The notes beneath the pieces were generated by a model that was not told where the DNA came from, made no database searches, and worked only from the letters and a program-made list of their open reading frames with translations. The position numbers and the translations under genes are program-made. 64,000 nucleotides of DNA from Chara braunii (lineage: Eukaryota; Plantae; Charophyceae): NCBI GenBank assembly GCA_003427395.1, contig BFEA01000012.1:2391836-2455835 (forward strand), written 5' to 3'. Position 1 is the first letter of the stretch. Every line of letters starts with the position of its first letter. Positions 1-11,898 of the stretch are shown here, piece by piece.

Positions 1-250
1 GGCTGTCTAAATCTACTACTTATTTACAAGCCTTTGCCATCACAAGGACAAACAAACAACCAGAAGAAAAACTTCTGCCCGACAGCCAACTCCATATTTA
101 CAAGCCTTTGGTCTGTTGTGTCATCATTACGACGACCGGCAAAACGAAACTTCTCTTCAGAACCTGTGCCATGGCTGTCTAAATCTACTAAAAGCAATTA
201 CAAGAAAATAACAAACAACCAGGAGATTGCCCCGACAACCAACTCCATAT
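1..250. repeat. Local imperfect duplication (~150-170 bp offset)
   Basis: ggctgtctaaatctacta at 1 and 173; gcccgacagccaactccatat (~77) vs gccccgacaaccaactccatat (~229). Confidence 0.6.
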
Positions 251-717
251 GGCATATTTTGAATCGTTTGGTCTTTCTCTTTCGTCATTACCTCGTTGGC
301 ACCAGGAGATTCGCCAACAGCGAATTCCTTCTTCATATGGCTGCCGAGGACGATCATGTTCTCCATACTGCCGGTTCTGGAATGGGGCTCGTGATTTGGC
401 ATCTTGCCGCCCGTTGTCCATTCCGAACGACATATGCTGCCAGACTCGGAGAAGTCGAGGCTCATTGCGTCTCCGATTGAAGACGACGACCGGGACTGCT
501 TCATCGCCAGCCATCCAGAGTACAACAGCCAACGAGCGATAACGACACGTGGCACCGACAAACAACATTCAACAAATGAGATAAGTGAAAACAACCGACA
601 AAGGTCAAACAAAAGTTCAAAACCAACACACAATCTCATTGCATCACTACAAAGTCGATCCCCCTGATTCCCCTCGACACCTCATTATCAAGAACATCAT
701 TAAGAATGACCGCACCG

Positions 718-792
718 GCATCATCACCATCACCATTGTTGCCATCATTACTTGTTATACTCGCATCATCATCACCATCATCATCATCATCG

Positions 793-823
<31 letters not shown>

Positions 824-870
824 TCTTATCATCATTCATCATGATCAACATCATCATCATCACCATCATC
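718..870. repeat. (CAT)n imperfect microsatellite
   Basis: Direct reading; explains the poly-I/H/S/D ORFs. Confidence 0.95.
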
Positions 871-1865
871 AATCTAATTATAGCCATGTAAACATCGTCG
901 TCGATCAGCATGGTCGTCATTCTCATGGTCCTTATAGTAATCGACCAATTGTGCATTTCACTGCAGAGGTAATTCGCTTAAGAGCTATAGATTGAAGAGT
1001 CCGACTCCTTACGGAAAAGAATCTACCGAACTTGATTGGACTATAATAGATGGAGACTAGTGGATCCTCGATACTATACTGGTGCAGCAAACTGAAAGGA
1101 AATGCAGTTGGTTATGGCAGCACAGTTCATTACCATTCCATGCCGAAAGTTTCGTTTTCGACTCTGCTTGTCGCACCGAGACGTAGATTTAAGAATAGAT
1201 ACAGAGCAAAGAGAGAAGCCAACGAGATATGCCTCTCTACGCTCTGTGACATTTGTGTTCCCCGTTACTTCGGGACACTCGGTTATTGACGAAGATGAGA
1301 TCGGACAGAGGACAACGACGAACGAGTATCGTGTTGACTCTGAGTCTCTGAAGATGAGAAAGGTTTGTCCTTGCTTAAAGCATTGAACATCCCCACTTCA
1401 ACTGGAAGCACGCTCTTTTGCAAGTAGGTGCTTCAACATCAGGGGTTCTCAGAAGATGGGGCCGAGGAGGAGGGCAGGAATATGAAAAAGATCGGAAGGA
1501 CAAGGCTGAGGAGAAGTTCCAGTCTGAAAGTGACGGATGACAAGTGGCATTCTTTCCTTCTGCTGACGTATGACCATTGTCGTTCCAGATCAGGCTACTT
1601 CGCTTTTGGATCTGAGCTCATGATAACCTGACCCGACTTCCGCCTTGAACACGCAATCGCCAAGAGATATTGCACTCTGGAGATCTCACCCCTATCGACA
1701 TTCACGCACTGTATTCTCATTACTGTCGATTGGATCCCATCAATGTATCGATGCAACCTTCGTCATAACCGATTTGCTATGTGAGTTGACAGAACTATTG
1801 CAAAAAGCGAACATTCGCACATGACTTTGCTTTAACTCTTCATTTTGTTACTCCTTTCGTTTGCA

Positions 1866-1867
<2 letters not shown>

Positions 1868-1958
<91 letters not shown>

Positions 1959-2150
1959 NNNNNNNNNNNNNNNNNNNNNNNNNNNNNNNNNNNNNNNNNN
2001 NNNNNNNNNNNNNNNNNNNNNNNNNNNNNNNNNNNNNNNNNNNNNNNNNNNNNNNNNNNNNNNNNNNNNNNNNNNNNNNNNNNNNNNNNNNNNNNNNNNN
2101 NNNNNNNNNNNNNNNNNNNNNNNNNNNNNNNNNNNNNNNNNNNNNNNNNN

Positions 2151-2215
<65 letters not shown>
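1868..2215. repeat. (CT)n(CA)n and (AG)n microsatellites flanking an N gap
   Basis: Direct reading. Confidence 0.95.
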
Positions 2216-2220
<5 letters not shown>

Positions 2221-3497
2221 GCAAGAGGAGGAGATCGGCATAAATCGATTGGAGAGAGTGGAGATCTATACAATTGAGAGGAAGTAGGCAGAATAAATTG
2301 CCATCATGACTGAATTCCCAGTGCGGAAGAATTGTCACAAAGAAAGAATCCGCGAGGAAACTCAGCCATGGGCCAACACTTTCCTCCATAGCAGGACGAT
2401 AAGTTGTCACAACTGCTAAATCTGTCAAGCAGAGGAGAGATGAGCAAACGACGCAGTTAAAGACCAGCAAACAAGTTCAGCCTTTTTTTCAAAGCATGAG
2501 AAGAGAATACACACACCCCGCCCTTAACGTACGGCATACAAAGCCCTGTACTCAACTAGGACTTTCAAGAAGGCATCTGGGCGGAGTTACGGTGAAATGC
2601 AGTTCCAAAGTTCCTAGTTTTTTTTAAGCATGCCCTAACGTGCTCCTAGTAAAGAGGGAGATAGAGAACGGTGGCAAAGATAGTCAACCACCTGAGAGGT
2701 TGAATGATGCCACTCGGCGCTGCTGGGTCCTTCCATACTGACATCCGGCGATTCGAAAGGGGCTCCGCCCCGAGCAGGCGATGCGCCGACAGAGAGCGAT
2801 GGCTTGGGCGGTTTCTTGCTTCCTCTTCCTGGGCCGAGCCAGGTCCCTGACCCACCCTGATCCGCCATAGCCGACTAATCTACCAAGCACGTTGACCAGT
2901 ATTTGACTTTTCCCTCTTCTTCTACCTCTCGACTATGGGGCATCCAGCTATGGCGCCCAAGAATCCGCTGTTATCTCCGATCCACGATATCTCTGCCGTT
3001 CTCCATCACCATACCAGCACCGCACAATCACCTTCCCATCACCTTACCATCACCTGCTCAACCTTCCAGCCCTGTGCTTTGCCGGGCGGGGCTGTAACCC
3101 GCCGTTCCGCCAAGTGTTTGCCGCGGCGTGCCGCGCCGTGCCGTCCCCCGCCTCGACGTGCCGGCACCCTGCCGTCTACCTCGCGCCTCCGCCGGCCGGG
3201 CCCAAGTCCCACTATCGTCGCGTAGTTGTAGCGTTCGAACGCGGTGCGGCACGTAATATGGGCGGGAACGGGAGCGGGAAGTTTTTCGCGGGTGCAAATG
3301 TGTGAGGATCTCGCCACATGACTCTTTTCTCTTTTCTTTTCTTTTTTTCGGTTTTTTTTTTTTTTTTTTTTTTGGCCACATGACTCTCGGGTCGAGCGTT
3401 TTCGACTTTTTTGGGTTTCAGTCACACAGCCTGGCGAACTCCGGTCTTTTGAAACCCCTTGGAAAGGTGTCAGATTCGCGGTTCCGTAAGCCCTTGC

Positions 3498-3671
3498 GGG
3501 GGCGAAGTCCCACTACCAAATAGCAGCGTTGAGTTTCCTCAACGCCTGAATCTGGATGTGTTTGTGGAGATGTGCAGAACTGACGTTGAGTTTCCTGCAA
3601 CGCACATCGCATCAAGCACGTCCAAATTCGGGCGTTGAGGAAACTCAACGCAGCTAGTGGGACTTGGCCCC
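3498..3671. repeat. ~175-bp imperfect inverted repeat with nested palindromes (MITE-like)
   Basis: ggggcgaagtcccacta...gcgttgagtttcctcaacgcctgaatctggatgtg pairs with cacgtccaaattcgggcgttgaggaaactcaacgcagctagtgggacttggcccc. Confidence 0.8.
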
Positions 3672-4581
3672 TGGGCTCCCTCTTCGCCCCCGCCCGCAGC
3701 TCTATTTCTGTCAAAAGCCCGCGCGGGACCCTGCGAAAAATAACTCCCGGGAAAAAAGAAAAGAAAAACAAAACGGGACGCTTCTGTGTCAGGGCCAGGA
3801 ATCTGACGGCCCGCTCAATTCGTCGCCTACTGGTAGTAGCCTTCGATAGTGGCGGGTCGAGCAGCTACTCACCTGCGTAAGCGCCAGGCCTTTCCTTCGT
3901 CCGCTGGTCCGCTAATCCGCCCAGGAAGCGGACATCCTCGATGAGCGGAAGCCCGCGGAATGCTGCGGGCGTGCAGTGGATGCTTCCGTAAGGACGCTAC
4001 TGTGGGCGAGCGGTGAAGTCCGCTCCACTGTTTTTTTTTGTTTTTCTTTTTTCGTGCGGTGAAATTGACCGGCGTGTGAACTACTGGGTGGCTGCGTGGT
4101 GGGGGTGGGGAAGTGGACGTGGACGGGAACGGGAACGGGAACGGAAACGGGGACGGGGACGGGGACGGGGACGGCACCCACATAGCACCCTCTTTCTTGT
4201 GGGGCTAGCACCCACACAGGAGTGGCCCATCTATTCTGGGGGCCTGTCAAGCATGAATCAAAAACGGCAGAAAAGTAATTTCATGGCAGTAACCATGCTT
4301 GTTGATGAAGGTCGGGGTCCCTGTTAACCGCTTGTGCTGCAGCCGGGAGACTCTTATTGGTACCAGGACACTTCAAAACCTCTTCACCCGTGGCCAGAGT
4401 TCCCTTCCCAGGAAGCAACCGGCTTTCCTATATCAAGGTCCTCTCCATAGGTGATGCCACCCTCATTTCGTCTGCACTTGGAAAGATACTGCGTATGCAT
4501 TTGTAATCAGAGTTCATTGTGTTCGGGGGAAGACTGCGATCCTGCGGCCAGCGGGGATGAGGTCGTGACAGGGATGCAGTA

Positions 4582-4734
4582 TGTGACGCCCAACCTCACG
4601 CCCAGCGCGACTTCCTGATCGGAGTGGGATGGGGGCCCGGAAGTGCGAAAAAGGGGTCTTGTGACGCCCAACCTCACGCCCTGCGCGACTTCCTGATCGT
4701 AGTGGGATGTGGGTCTGGAAGTGCGAAAAGGGGT
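4582..4734. repeat. 78-bp tandem duplication
   Basis: tgtgacgcccaacctcacgccc...ggaagtgcgaaaa..ggggt at 4582 and 4660. Confidence 0.9.
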
Positions 4735-5064
4735 GTGCCAAGGATTTTTGGTGGGGGGGGGGGAGTCCCAGGTCAGAACTAAGATCTTCTGTGGCAGGGT
4801 TTCAGGGGCATAGGTGCAATAAGGCTAAGGGATGGGTTACATTCGGTCCGATGGCGGTCGATGTCGTGCAGCATAAGGCCGATGACATGCGTGGTACATC
4901 TCGGGCCGTCCGATCCGCCCGTTTTAGTGACGGTGGTCCGGAAGGGGTCCGCTGTGTGTGAGTTGCGAGTTCTATGGGTCGGTCCTCCGGGTGTGGACAC
5001 GTGTCGGTTGTCGTCGCGTGTTATAGTTAGGCTCCGTAGTCCCGAAGGATTGGCGGTTGCCGCG

Positions 5065-5382
5065 TCATCTGCAGTTTCTGCACGGCGTGTGGGGCCAATA
5101 CGGGGCGATGGAATTCCACAGCACCACCGTGAGTTGGTGGTATGGGAGGAGGAGATGGAAGGGTGGGAAATTGGTGGCGATAACGACGAAGCCGGGGGAT
5201 ATAAAATATTGCATGTTATAAGTGGTCCGGTAGTCGGGGCACCTTGGGTTGCTGGTTACGGCGCGGTGGAAGTCCCTGGCGCACAGTCGGTTCTCGGTTA
5301 GGCAGGGGAATTCCAGATACCTCAGCCTAAGATATTCTTCCTCCCAGTGCTCGAAGTACCCTGAGTCTCGTGTGTACGTCAT
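5065..5382 (-). CDS. Orphan Cys/His-containing ORF or exon (105 aa), paralog of 7612-7986
   Basis: Open frame LEFPCLTENRLCARDFH...YFISPGFVVIATNFPPFHLLLPYHQLTVVLWNSIAPYWP..CRNC; differences from the paralog fall mostly at third codon positions in this frame. Confidence 0.55.
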   Translation of the reverse strand: MTYTRDSGYFEHWEEEYLRLRYLEFPCLTENRLCARDFHRAVTSNPRCPDYRTTYNMQYFISPGFVVIATNFPPFHLLLPYHQLTVVLWNSIAPYWPHTPCRNCR

Positions 5383-6044
5383 CTTGTCATTGCGGCGTAG
5401 TGGAAGCCTTCTCCACGCATCTGACTGACAGGGGGATTTCCATATATGGTGTCGGAAATTCTTGTCAGCTTAGGCGCTTGAAAGAAGGAAAACTTCTCGC
5501 CTATCCCAATACTGGAGGTGCCAGGTTCGTCAATGATTGCGAATCGCCGCGCGTGGACACGTGTAGGCTGCGCAAATCAGATCGCGCTTACACGTATCCC
5601 CACGAGGTGTTCTCTCGTACCACGACTTGTTGGTTGGCGTTCACACAAAAGTGAGAGTTTAATCCTTCATGCAAAATCGCCACGTGTCTTGGCTAGCTAC
5701 CCAATCATCTAGTTATTCAGTGGTCCCGCAAGCAATCGTTTTCGAGCATGCAAGGTGGCATCACACACATCAGACACCGCAACAACATCAGGACTCACAT
5801 CGTGACGACAACAGATCAAAGTGGCAAGCAACGATGAAGGTTAGGCAAAAACGTCAAACATTTCATTCCATCGAAACTCGTTCATCCAATATACAAAAGA
5901 AAGGAAAGATCGGGACACAAAGATGCGAAAGGAAAATGCGGGCGAATTGCCCGAGATGAAATCAAAACTTATGTACAGAAGTAAAGAAAAGGACAAAGAG
6001 AATTACAAAGAAAATTACAACTCCGCGCCCATCAACCTCAACTC

Positions 6045-6272
6045 TCTTCCTCTCCCTCTCTCTCCGATGCGGACAATCCATCGTCACGCACCAAGCCCCG
6101 AAGTTGTCACCCCGCTTAGTCCTTCTGTGCTCGTCGGATTCGCCCTCGCGCTACAGTCCGTCGTAGCCCCACGCGTCAATCCCGCACATTCGGCACCATC
6201 TCGTCGGGTCGCCTAACTCCCACTTCAACTCACCTCTTACTTTGCTCGTGAGCCAACTCTCACTGATCGCGC
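6045..6272 (-). pseudogene. Zinc-finger-like coding relic (CxxC...H...CxxxxCxH); paralog at ~8345-8556
   Basis: ELGDPTRWCRMCGIDAWGYDGL*REGESDEHRRTKRGDNFGAWCVTMDCPH vs ELGDPTSWCRVCGVD..DGLWHTGEPDLHARTKRGDN..TDCPH, with synonymous changes (gac/gat, ccg/cca, acg/aca, tgc/tgt). Confidence 0.5.
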
Positions 6273-7279
6273 TACCCCGAGCTTCCAGCAACTGTCAAAT
6301 GAGTTTTTTAATCGCGCAACCGAAATTTATAGCGTGCATGCATGCACGAAAAACATGAAATTGTACGTACTTAGACGAAGAGAAGGGGAGGGAGTGTCTA
6401 CGTTCCGCATGGCCAGATCGCGGCGTGGGGGACGTAGCCACTCTCCACGCATAGATCCGATCGTGCAACCCACAGGCCAATTGGACACATCAAAGAAGAG
6501 GGAGAACGGGAAAGACGAAGCTCAAGAAGAAAGGTACAGTTATAAGGGCGCCCCGCCCAGAATTCCAGTTACACGCAAGATTAAGGGCGCCGACTAATCA
6601 GAGCTCTGTTGCAGCCGCAAAAAGGAACACGCGAACGAAAGGCACCGTGCGACAAAAGAAACTCCGAATTCCTAAATTTCTAAATTCTTACTTACTGCAA
6701 AAATACAAAAAGCACAAATCCAAAAAGAAAGTCCGAAATTCCGAAAGCCATCGAGGAATCGACAGGATTCAAAAAAAATTCAAAAAAAGAAGCAAAACAT
6801 CACGCGCAATCACCGCGCCAAGAACTCGACAACACAACAAGAAAGAAGCGACGCCAAACAGTATTCTTCACGCCTCGGTCGGCGCGCCGGCCACTCAACC
6901 GATTATCCCGGGACTTGCCCAACCTTGACCTCAGCCATTCGAAAAGAAGCGACGCAAAAAGACAAAGAAGCGAGGACACCGATGCAATTTCCCATTCGAT
7001 CCCGATCTCCCGTAATTGGCCCAACTTTCCCATCTTAGGACCCCTGATTGTCATCGCGCAGGAAGTCGCACGGAACAGAAATTGGTTCGTCACAGTGTGC
7101 CAAGGATTTTAGGAAAGTGGGGGTGGAGTCCCAGGTCGGAACTGAGATCTTCTGCGATAAATTTCGGGGGTAAAAGCGCAAGAGGGTATATGTAGGTTGT
7201 ACTTGGCGCTTTAATTTCTATAAGAAGGAAGGTAGTCTTAGGTAGACCACCTCTCGTGGTTTGGGCACAGCAGGAAAGT

Positions 7280-7430
7280 CGTAGATGTCGTGCAGCATAA
7301 GGCAGATGACATGTGCAGTGCAACCCAGACTAAAGATCCCGGGGTACTTTTCTACAATCACAGCACCGACAGATCTAAACACTCTTGCATTCTCGAACAA
7401 AATCCCAACAACATTGCCCCTGCCAACGAA
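7280..7430 (-). pseudogene. hAT transposase (DUF659-type) fragment
   Basis: VGRGNVVGILFENARVFRSVGAVIVEKYPGIFSLGCTAHVICLMLHDI resembles the hAT pattern VGxxNVVQVxTDNA...EKYPxIFWTPCAAHCLDLMLEDI; shorter copy CTTHVIGLMLHDI at ~4860-4900. Confidence 0.75.
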
Positions 7431-7611
7431 CTAAATTTTCGTCTGCTAAAAAACCCAAAGATGGAAATCACCATCGCCTCCGGTTTCACCTTCGTGCTTG
7501 GTCGCGTGGTTCGACCAATTGTCGACGCGGCGCGTAACAGGCTTCGGAATCCGGCGGGGCAGACCGTAAGCGGAGGCTGTGCAATCGCTGTTCAACTTCG
7601 GTTCAAGTTTG

Positions 7612-7986
7612 TCAGATAGCTCCCAAAGTTTGGCATGTCCGGTACTGCTGGCAATCCTCGCACGGTGGGTTGGGCCAATAGCGAGCTATGGAATTCCACG
7701 GTACCACTGTGAGTTGATGATATGGGAGGAGGAGATGGAAGGGAGGGAAGCTGGTAGTAATCACGACGAAGCCCGGGGATATGTAGTATTGAGTATTGTC
7801 CGTATCTGGGTAGTCTGGGCCCCTAGGGTCGCTGGTTATAGCCCAGTGGAAATCCCCCGCGCACAGTCAGCCGTTCTCCGTCAAACAGGGGCATTCCAGG
7901 TTTCTCAAGTTTCACCGTTGTCTAAGTTGTCCGCCTTCCCAGTATTCACGATATTCCGGGTCCCTCAGGCTCTCGCAGTCAGACAT
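7612..7986 (-). pseudogene. Disrupted paralog of the 5065-5382 orphan ORF
   Basis: MSDCESLRDPEYREYWEGGQLRQR*NLRNLECPCLTENG*LCAGDFHWAITSDPRGPDY...YYISPGFVVITTSFPPFHLLLPYHQLTVVPWNSIARYWPNPPCEDC; two in-frame TGA, one aligning with CGA in copy 1. Confidence 0.65.
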
Positions 7987-10012
7987 CCAAGAGGGAAATC
8001 CCGCAGCCATATCTGTTTAGTAAGCCCAATCCCCCACATCCTTATACGGGGTTAAGGAGGACTCACGCAGACAAGCGCGTACGTGGTGACTCGGCTTTCT
8101 CGAGATATCAGTCGTACGCGAGCGTGCACGTGAGAGACGGCTGCTTGGCTCCCATTCGTGCGACGAAAGGAGGGGAGGAGGGAAAGGGCAATCGGTTTTC
8201 TTGGCGATCTGAAGTTAACGATTGAACCCAAACAGCCCGAAAGTGCCGCAGCAAGATCGGTCAGAATAGAGATCAAAATTATACAGATAATTGGAAGAAG
8301 AGACCTCATCCCACACATAGCTGCTCTCTCTCTCTCTGCTCTACAGTCCCTGATGCGGGCAGTCCGTCGCCGCGCATCAACACAGAGTTGTCACCCCGCT
8401 TGGTCCGAGCATGCAAGTCAGGTTCGCCTGTGTGCCACAGTCCGTCGCGGCCCGCACGTCAACCCCGCATACCCTACACCAGCTTGTTGGATCGCCCAAC
8501 TCTCTCGTCGACTCACCTCTTCAAGTTGACTCGTTAGCCGACCCTCACTAATCGCGCTAACTCCAAGTTCATAAAGAGCAAATCGCGCTTGAGAAATTTA
8601 TATCATGCACGCGTGCGCGATAGATACAGGATTAAGCCCAAGTGTTCAGAAGGAGAAGAGAGGAAGTGCCTACGTCTGCATGGCCAGGCCGCGGCGAGGG
8701 GGACGTAGCCACTCTCCACGCATCGATCTGGTCGTACAGGCATTCAGGCCAATTAGAACAGAGTATTAAGCATGTCAGACAAAGAAGAAGAAGGCGGGCA
8801 ACTATGAGGAAATCAAGAAAGAAGAAAGATACAGTTACAATCGCGCCCTCCAAAAGCGACAATTACACAAGATTAAGGGCGCGATCTAGTCAGGGTCCAG
8901 TTCCTGGCGCAGCAAAGTGTGCGTAAGTGAGAAGCGCAGCACAGCAAAATTTAAAGTGCCTAAATTCCTAGTCTAAGTCCTAACTGCAAAAAGAAATTTC
9001 GAAAAGCCCAAAAACAATTTTACGAGCCCACGGGGGCTCGACATAAGTTAAAAATTCAAAAACGATATTCCCGCGCGATGATCACGTTAAAAATTCCTAG
9101 TGCTCACAGTAGAACAAGAAAGAAGTCATGGCAACCGTTGTCCATCGCGCTCGCTCAGGCGCGGTTACTCAAAGCACGGGACTTTCCTGATATCGACCCG
9201 ACGGACTCCACAGAAACAAAAAGAAACGAGGGTATCCATGCAACTTGCCCGACCAACCCATCCTTCCACAGCTCACCCCTCCGACGCGTCCCATTTCACC
9301 AAAGCAACGTCGTGCAGAAAGCAGCGCGGTTACGGAAGACAACTCGTCACATGACTGTCTGATTGGGATGATCGGGGCAATGCGGTGGTCGCGGGAAGCG
9401 CACCCCACTTGGACGACCACCCCAATCACGCAAAATATTTGATTCGTCTTCTTCGACCCTTCTGGAACGCCTTGATCTCGGTTGCAAGTTGCGCAAGCTA
9501 TGCGCGAAGCCCACGGCACCGAAAAAGCTCAACGTGCCCCGTGCTGGGTGGAGTGACGGCAGGTGGCGGAGTTAGCGATAGACTTGGGGTAAGGTAGTCG
9601 GAGGGAATGAGTGGTGGTGGAGATCAGACGCCGACAGTGGCAAGGGCCTTGTGGCTATCGTTGTCGGTGGTTTTGATGGATTGGGGACTGGGCCCGGAGC
9701 GGCCAGTTGAGAGAATTATGTATTTTGAACACGAAGCTTATTCTTTATTGCTGCTTTGTCCCCGTGTGATGTGTGCATGACTCCAAAGGTTGGGTAATCT
9801 GTTGTGCATGTCGGGTACGAAAAGTCTATGGATGTTGAATGGTTCATTGAAGACTCTATGGGTATTTGTGTGTGTATGCGCCTCTGGGCCTGATGAGCGG
9901 AAGTATCGAGGTATCGAGTGTCGATTGCTTGCATGAGGGCATGAATGCATCGGTCCTTCCCGTCTCCCTTTCTTTTTTATTTTTTGCGCGGTTGTGTGTG
10001 ATATGCGCCAAC

Positions 10013-10016
<4 letters not shown>

Positions 10017-10078
<62 letters not shown>
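10017..10078. repeat. (CT)n microsatellite
   Basis: Direct reading. Confidence 0.95.
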
Positions 10079-10080
<2 letters not shown>

Positions 10081-11791
10081 TCTGGGTGACGGTCGGGACC
10101 CCAAGAGGAGGCGGATACTTTAAGAGAGATCGGCCAGCCGCTTCCTCGCGGAGCGGTCGACCTCTTTGTATCCACCACGGGTGCTTGACACCACGTTGAG
10201 GTTGATGATATAGAGAAGAGATGAAGAATGAGAGTTGGGTGCATCCTTCTTCAACGACATTCGTTGATCTTTGCATGTAGCCAGGTTTCGTCTCGACGGA
10301 CGGAAGGGCGAGTCGTTGCCCGAGCCCGGACCTCGCCTCAGAGGGTCGCAGCGCGCTTCCGCCTTTCCCGATCGCAGACGACGGTGGCATCTACAACGGT
10401 GCGGATGTGCGGAGCCTGCTGCGGCGCACTTAGCCAATCCACCTTTATCACCGGACTCGAGCATGCCATATAGGCGGGAGTGGGTTTGCGCTAATTGAGC
10501 GATTTGCCTCCCGACATTTAATTTTATCATACACTGACCTCAAGGTGTTGCCTTGCAGTGGTCCGCCGCGCACGCCACCTGGCAACAGTGGTTTAATTGT
10601 CACTGGTGTCGCCAGGGAGACTCGTGCTCGTGGCGACGGTTGGTCCTGGGGTACGAAGGGGCAATCCGATTCCCCGAACTCTCTCATAACGCGGGTGCAC
10701 TCCCTGCCCATTTCTAAACTTGGGTTCCGTCAACCTGTCCGACCCTGAGGGAGCCCGTGTCGGGCCGTTCGCACGGACTAGACGAGTCCGACAACGAAGC
10801 CTGGACCTGTTTTCGGGGCCTCCACCCCCGAGGCCCGCGCGAACCCTGCTCACGGGGAAGGAATTTCGCCCCTGTCCCCTTCGTTTTTCGTCTCCTCTCC
10901 TCTCGTCTGTTATTTTCTTTTTTTTCGAAAAAACGATGACGATTGGGCCGTAGGACCCTGTCCTCCCATCATCCGCCGTCTAGGACAGCCCAAATCCCCG
11001 CCGAGGCACCTCAGGCTGAAGCAAGAGTCCCCCGTTTCGTCCGGATGACTCAACCCCCACGACAAAAAATCCTTGGCCACACCCCTAGTAACTATGATCG
11101 AAGTTCGAAGTACGGAACGCTGCACGAGGCGTGAGGTTGTGCATCACACGCCTGCGAGAGGGGCTTCAACTAAGGGGAAGCAGGTCCTGGTTTGTATTGT
11201 ACCCCAATATGGTCGGGCCCTGGCTGCCACGGATGCAACTCCGGGTGGGTGAGGAGTAGTGGAGTTAAGGTACTTGTGTTGATTGGCAGAGCATTTGCTA
11301 ATGCAGTGGCTGCTTCGCGGCGCACAGTGGTGGAGGTGTTGATACTGCAGGTGATCTGAGTTCCTTGCATGGGCTGCACGCAGTATCTTCCCAATGGAGA
11401 TCTTCATCATCATAGTTGCGATTGAACTGTTCCCTACTGCTGGCACGAACACTTTCGGACAACAGAATGGCCAATCTTGTAGTGGCCAAGGCCATTGTGA
11501 TACCCCAACCTCACATCCCGTGCAACATTTCATACTGTTGGGAAATTGAACCACTGGGACAGAACCGGGGTTCCCGTGTGAATTCAGAGATTGTCTATAC
11601 ATGTAACAAAATTAAAGATGAGAGATGAATTGAAACAGGAAGCAGACAGGAGCAAACTAAGGAAAAGAACAACCTTTCTCAAAATTGCCCCTAGTTCAAG
11701 AAGCAAAAGTAAGAGAGTGTGAATCATGGTGTTGGAGAGACAAGAGAGAGTTTAGGCTCCCTTGTCGGTGGCGTGCACTGTCTGATGTGCT

Positions 11792-11898
11792 ACCGTCTTC
11801 CCCCGAACACAACGCACTATGATTCTGGATGTATACGACGTAGCTTTTCAATCCCATACATCCAAAATTAGGGTGCGTTGTGTTTGGGGGAAGAAGGT
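11792..11898. mobile_element. ~105-bp fold-back MITE (possibly Tc1/pogo-like)
   Basis: accgtcttcccccgaacacaacgcac..tggatgtat pairs with atacatcca..gtgcgttgtgtttgggggaagaaggt; TA-like flanks; a related end at ~4516-4535. Confidence 0.6.

Larger units (their letters stand above)
4729..6800 (-). repeat. Copy 1 of a diverged ~2.3-kb tandem duplication
   Basis: Collinear blocks shared with 7095-9065 (gtgccaaggatttt..gagtcccaggtc; gtcgtgcagcataagg; tgggaggaggagatggaaggg; gttgtcaccccgctt; ggggacgtagccactctccacgcat; attaagggcgc). Confidence 0.85.
7095..9065 (-). repeat. Copy 2 of the ~2.3-kb tandem duplication
   Basis: Same collinear blocks as copy 1. Confidence 0.85.

Noticed and set aside
157-639. 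160-aa CDS at the window start (and ORF 2635-2868)
   Set aside because: No recognisable domain; the first overlaps a local duplication; cannot be supported without expression data.
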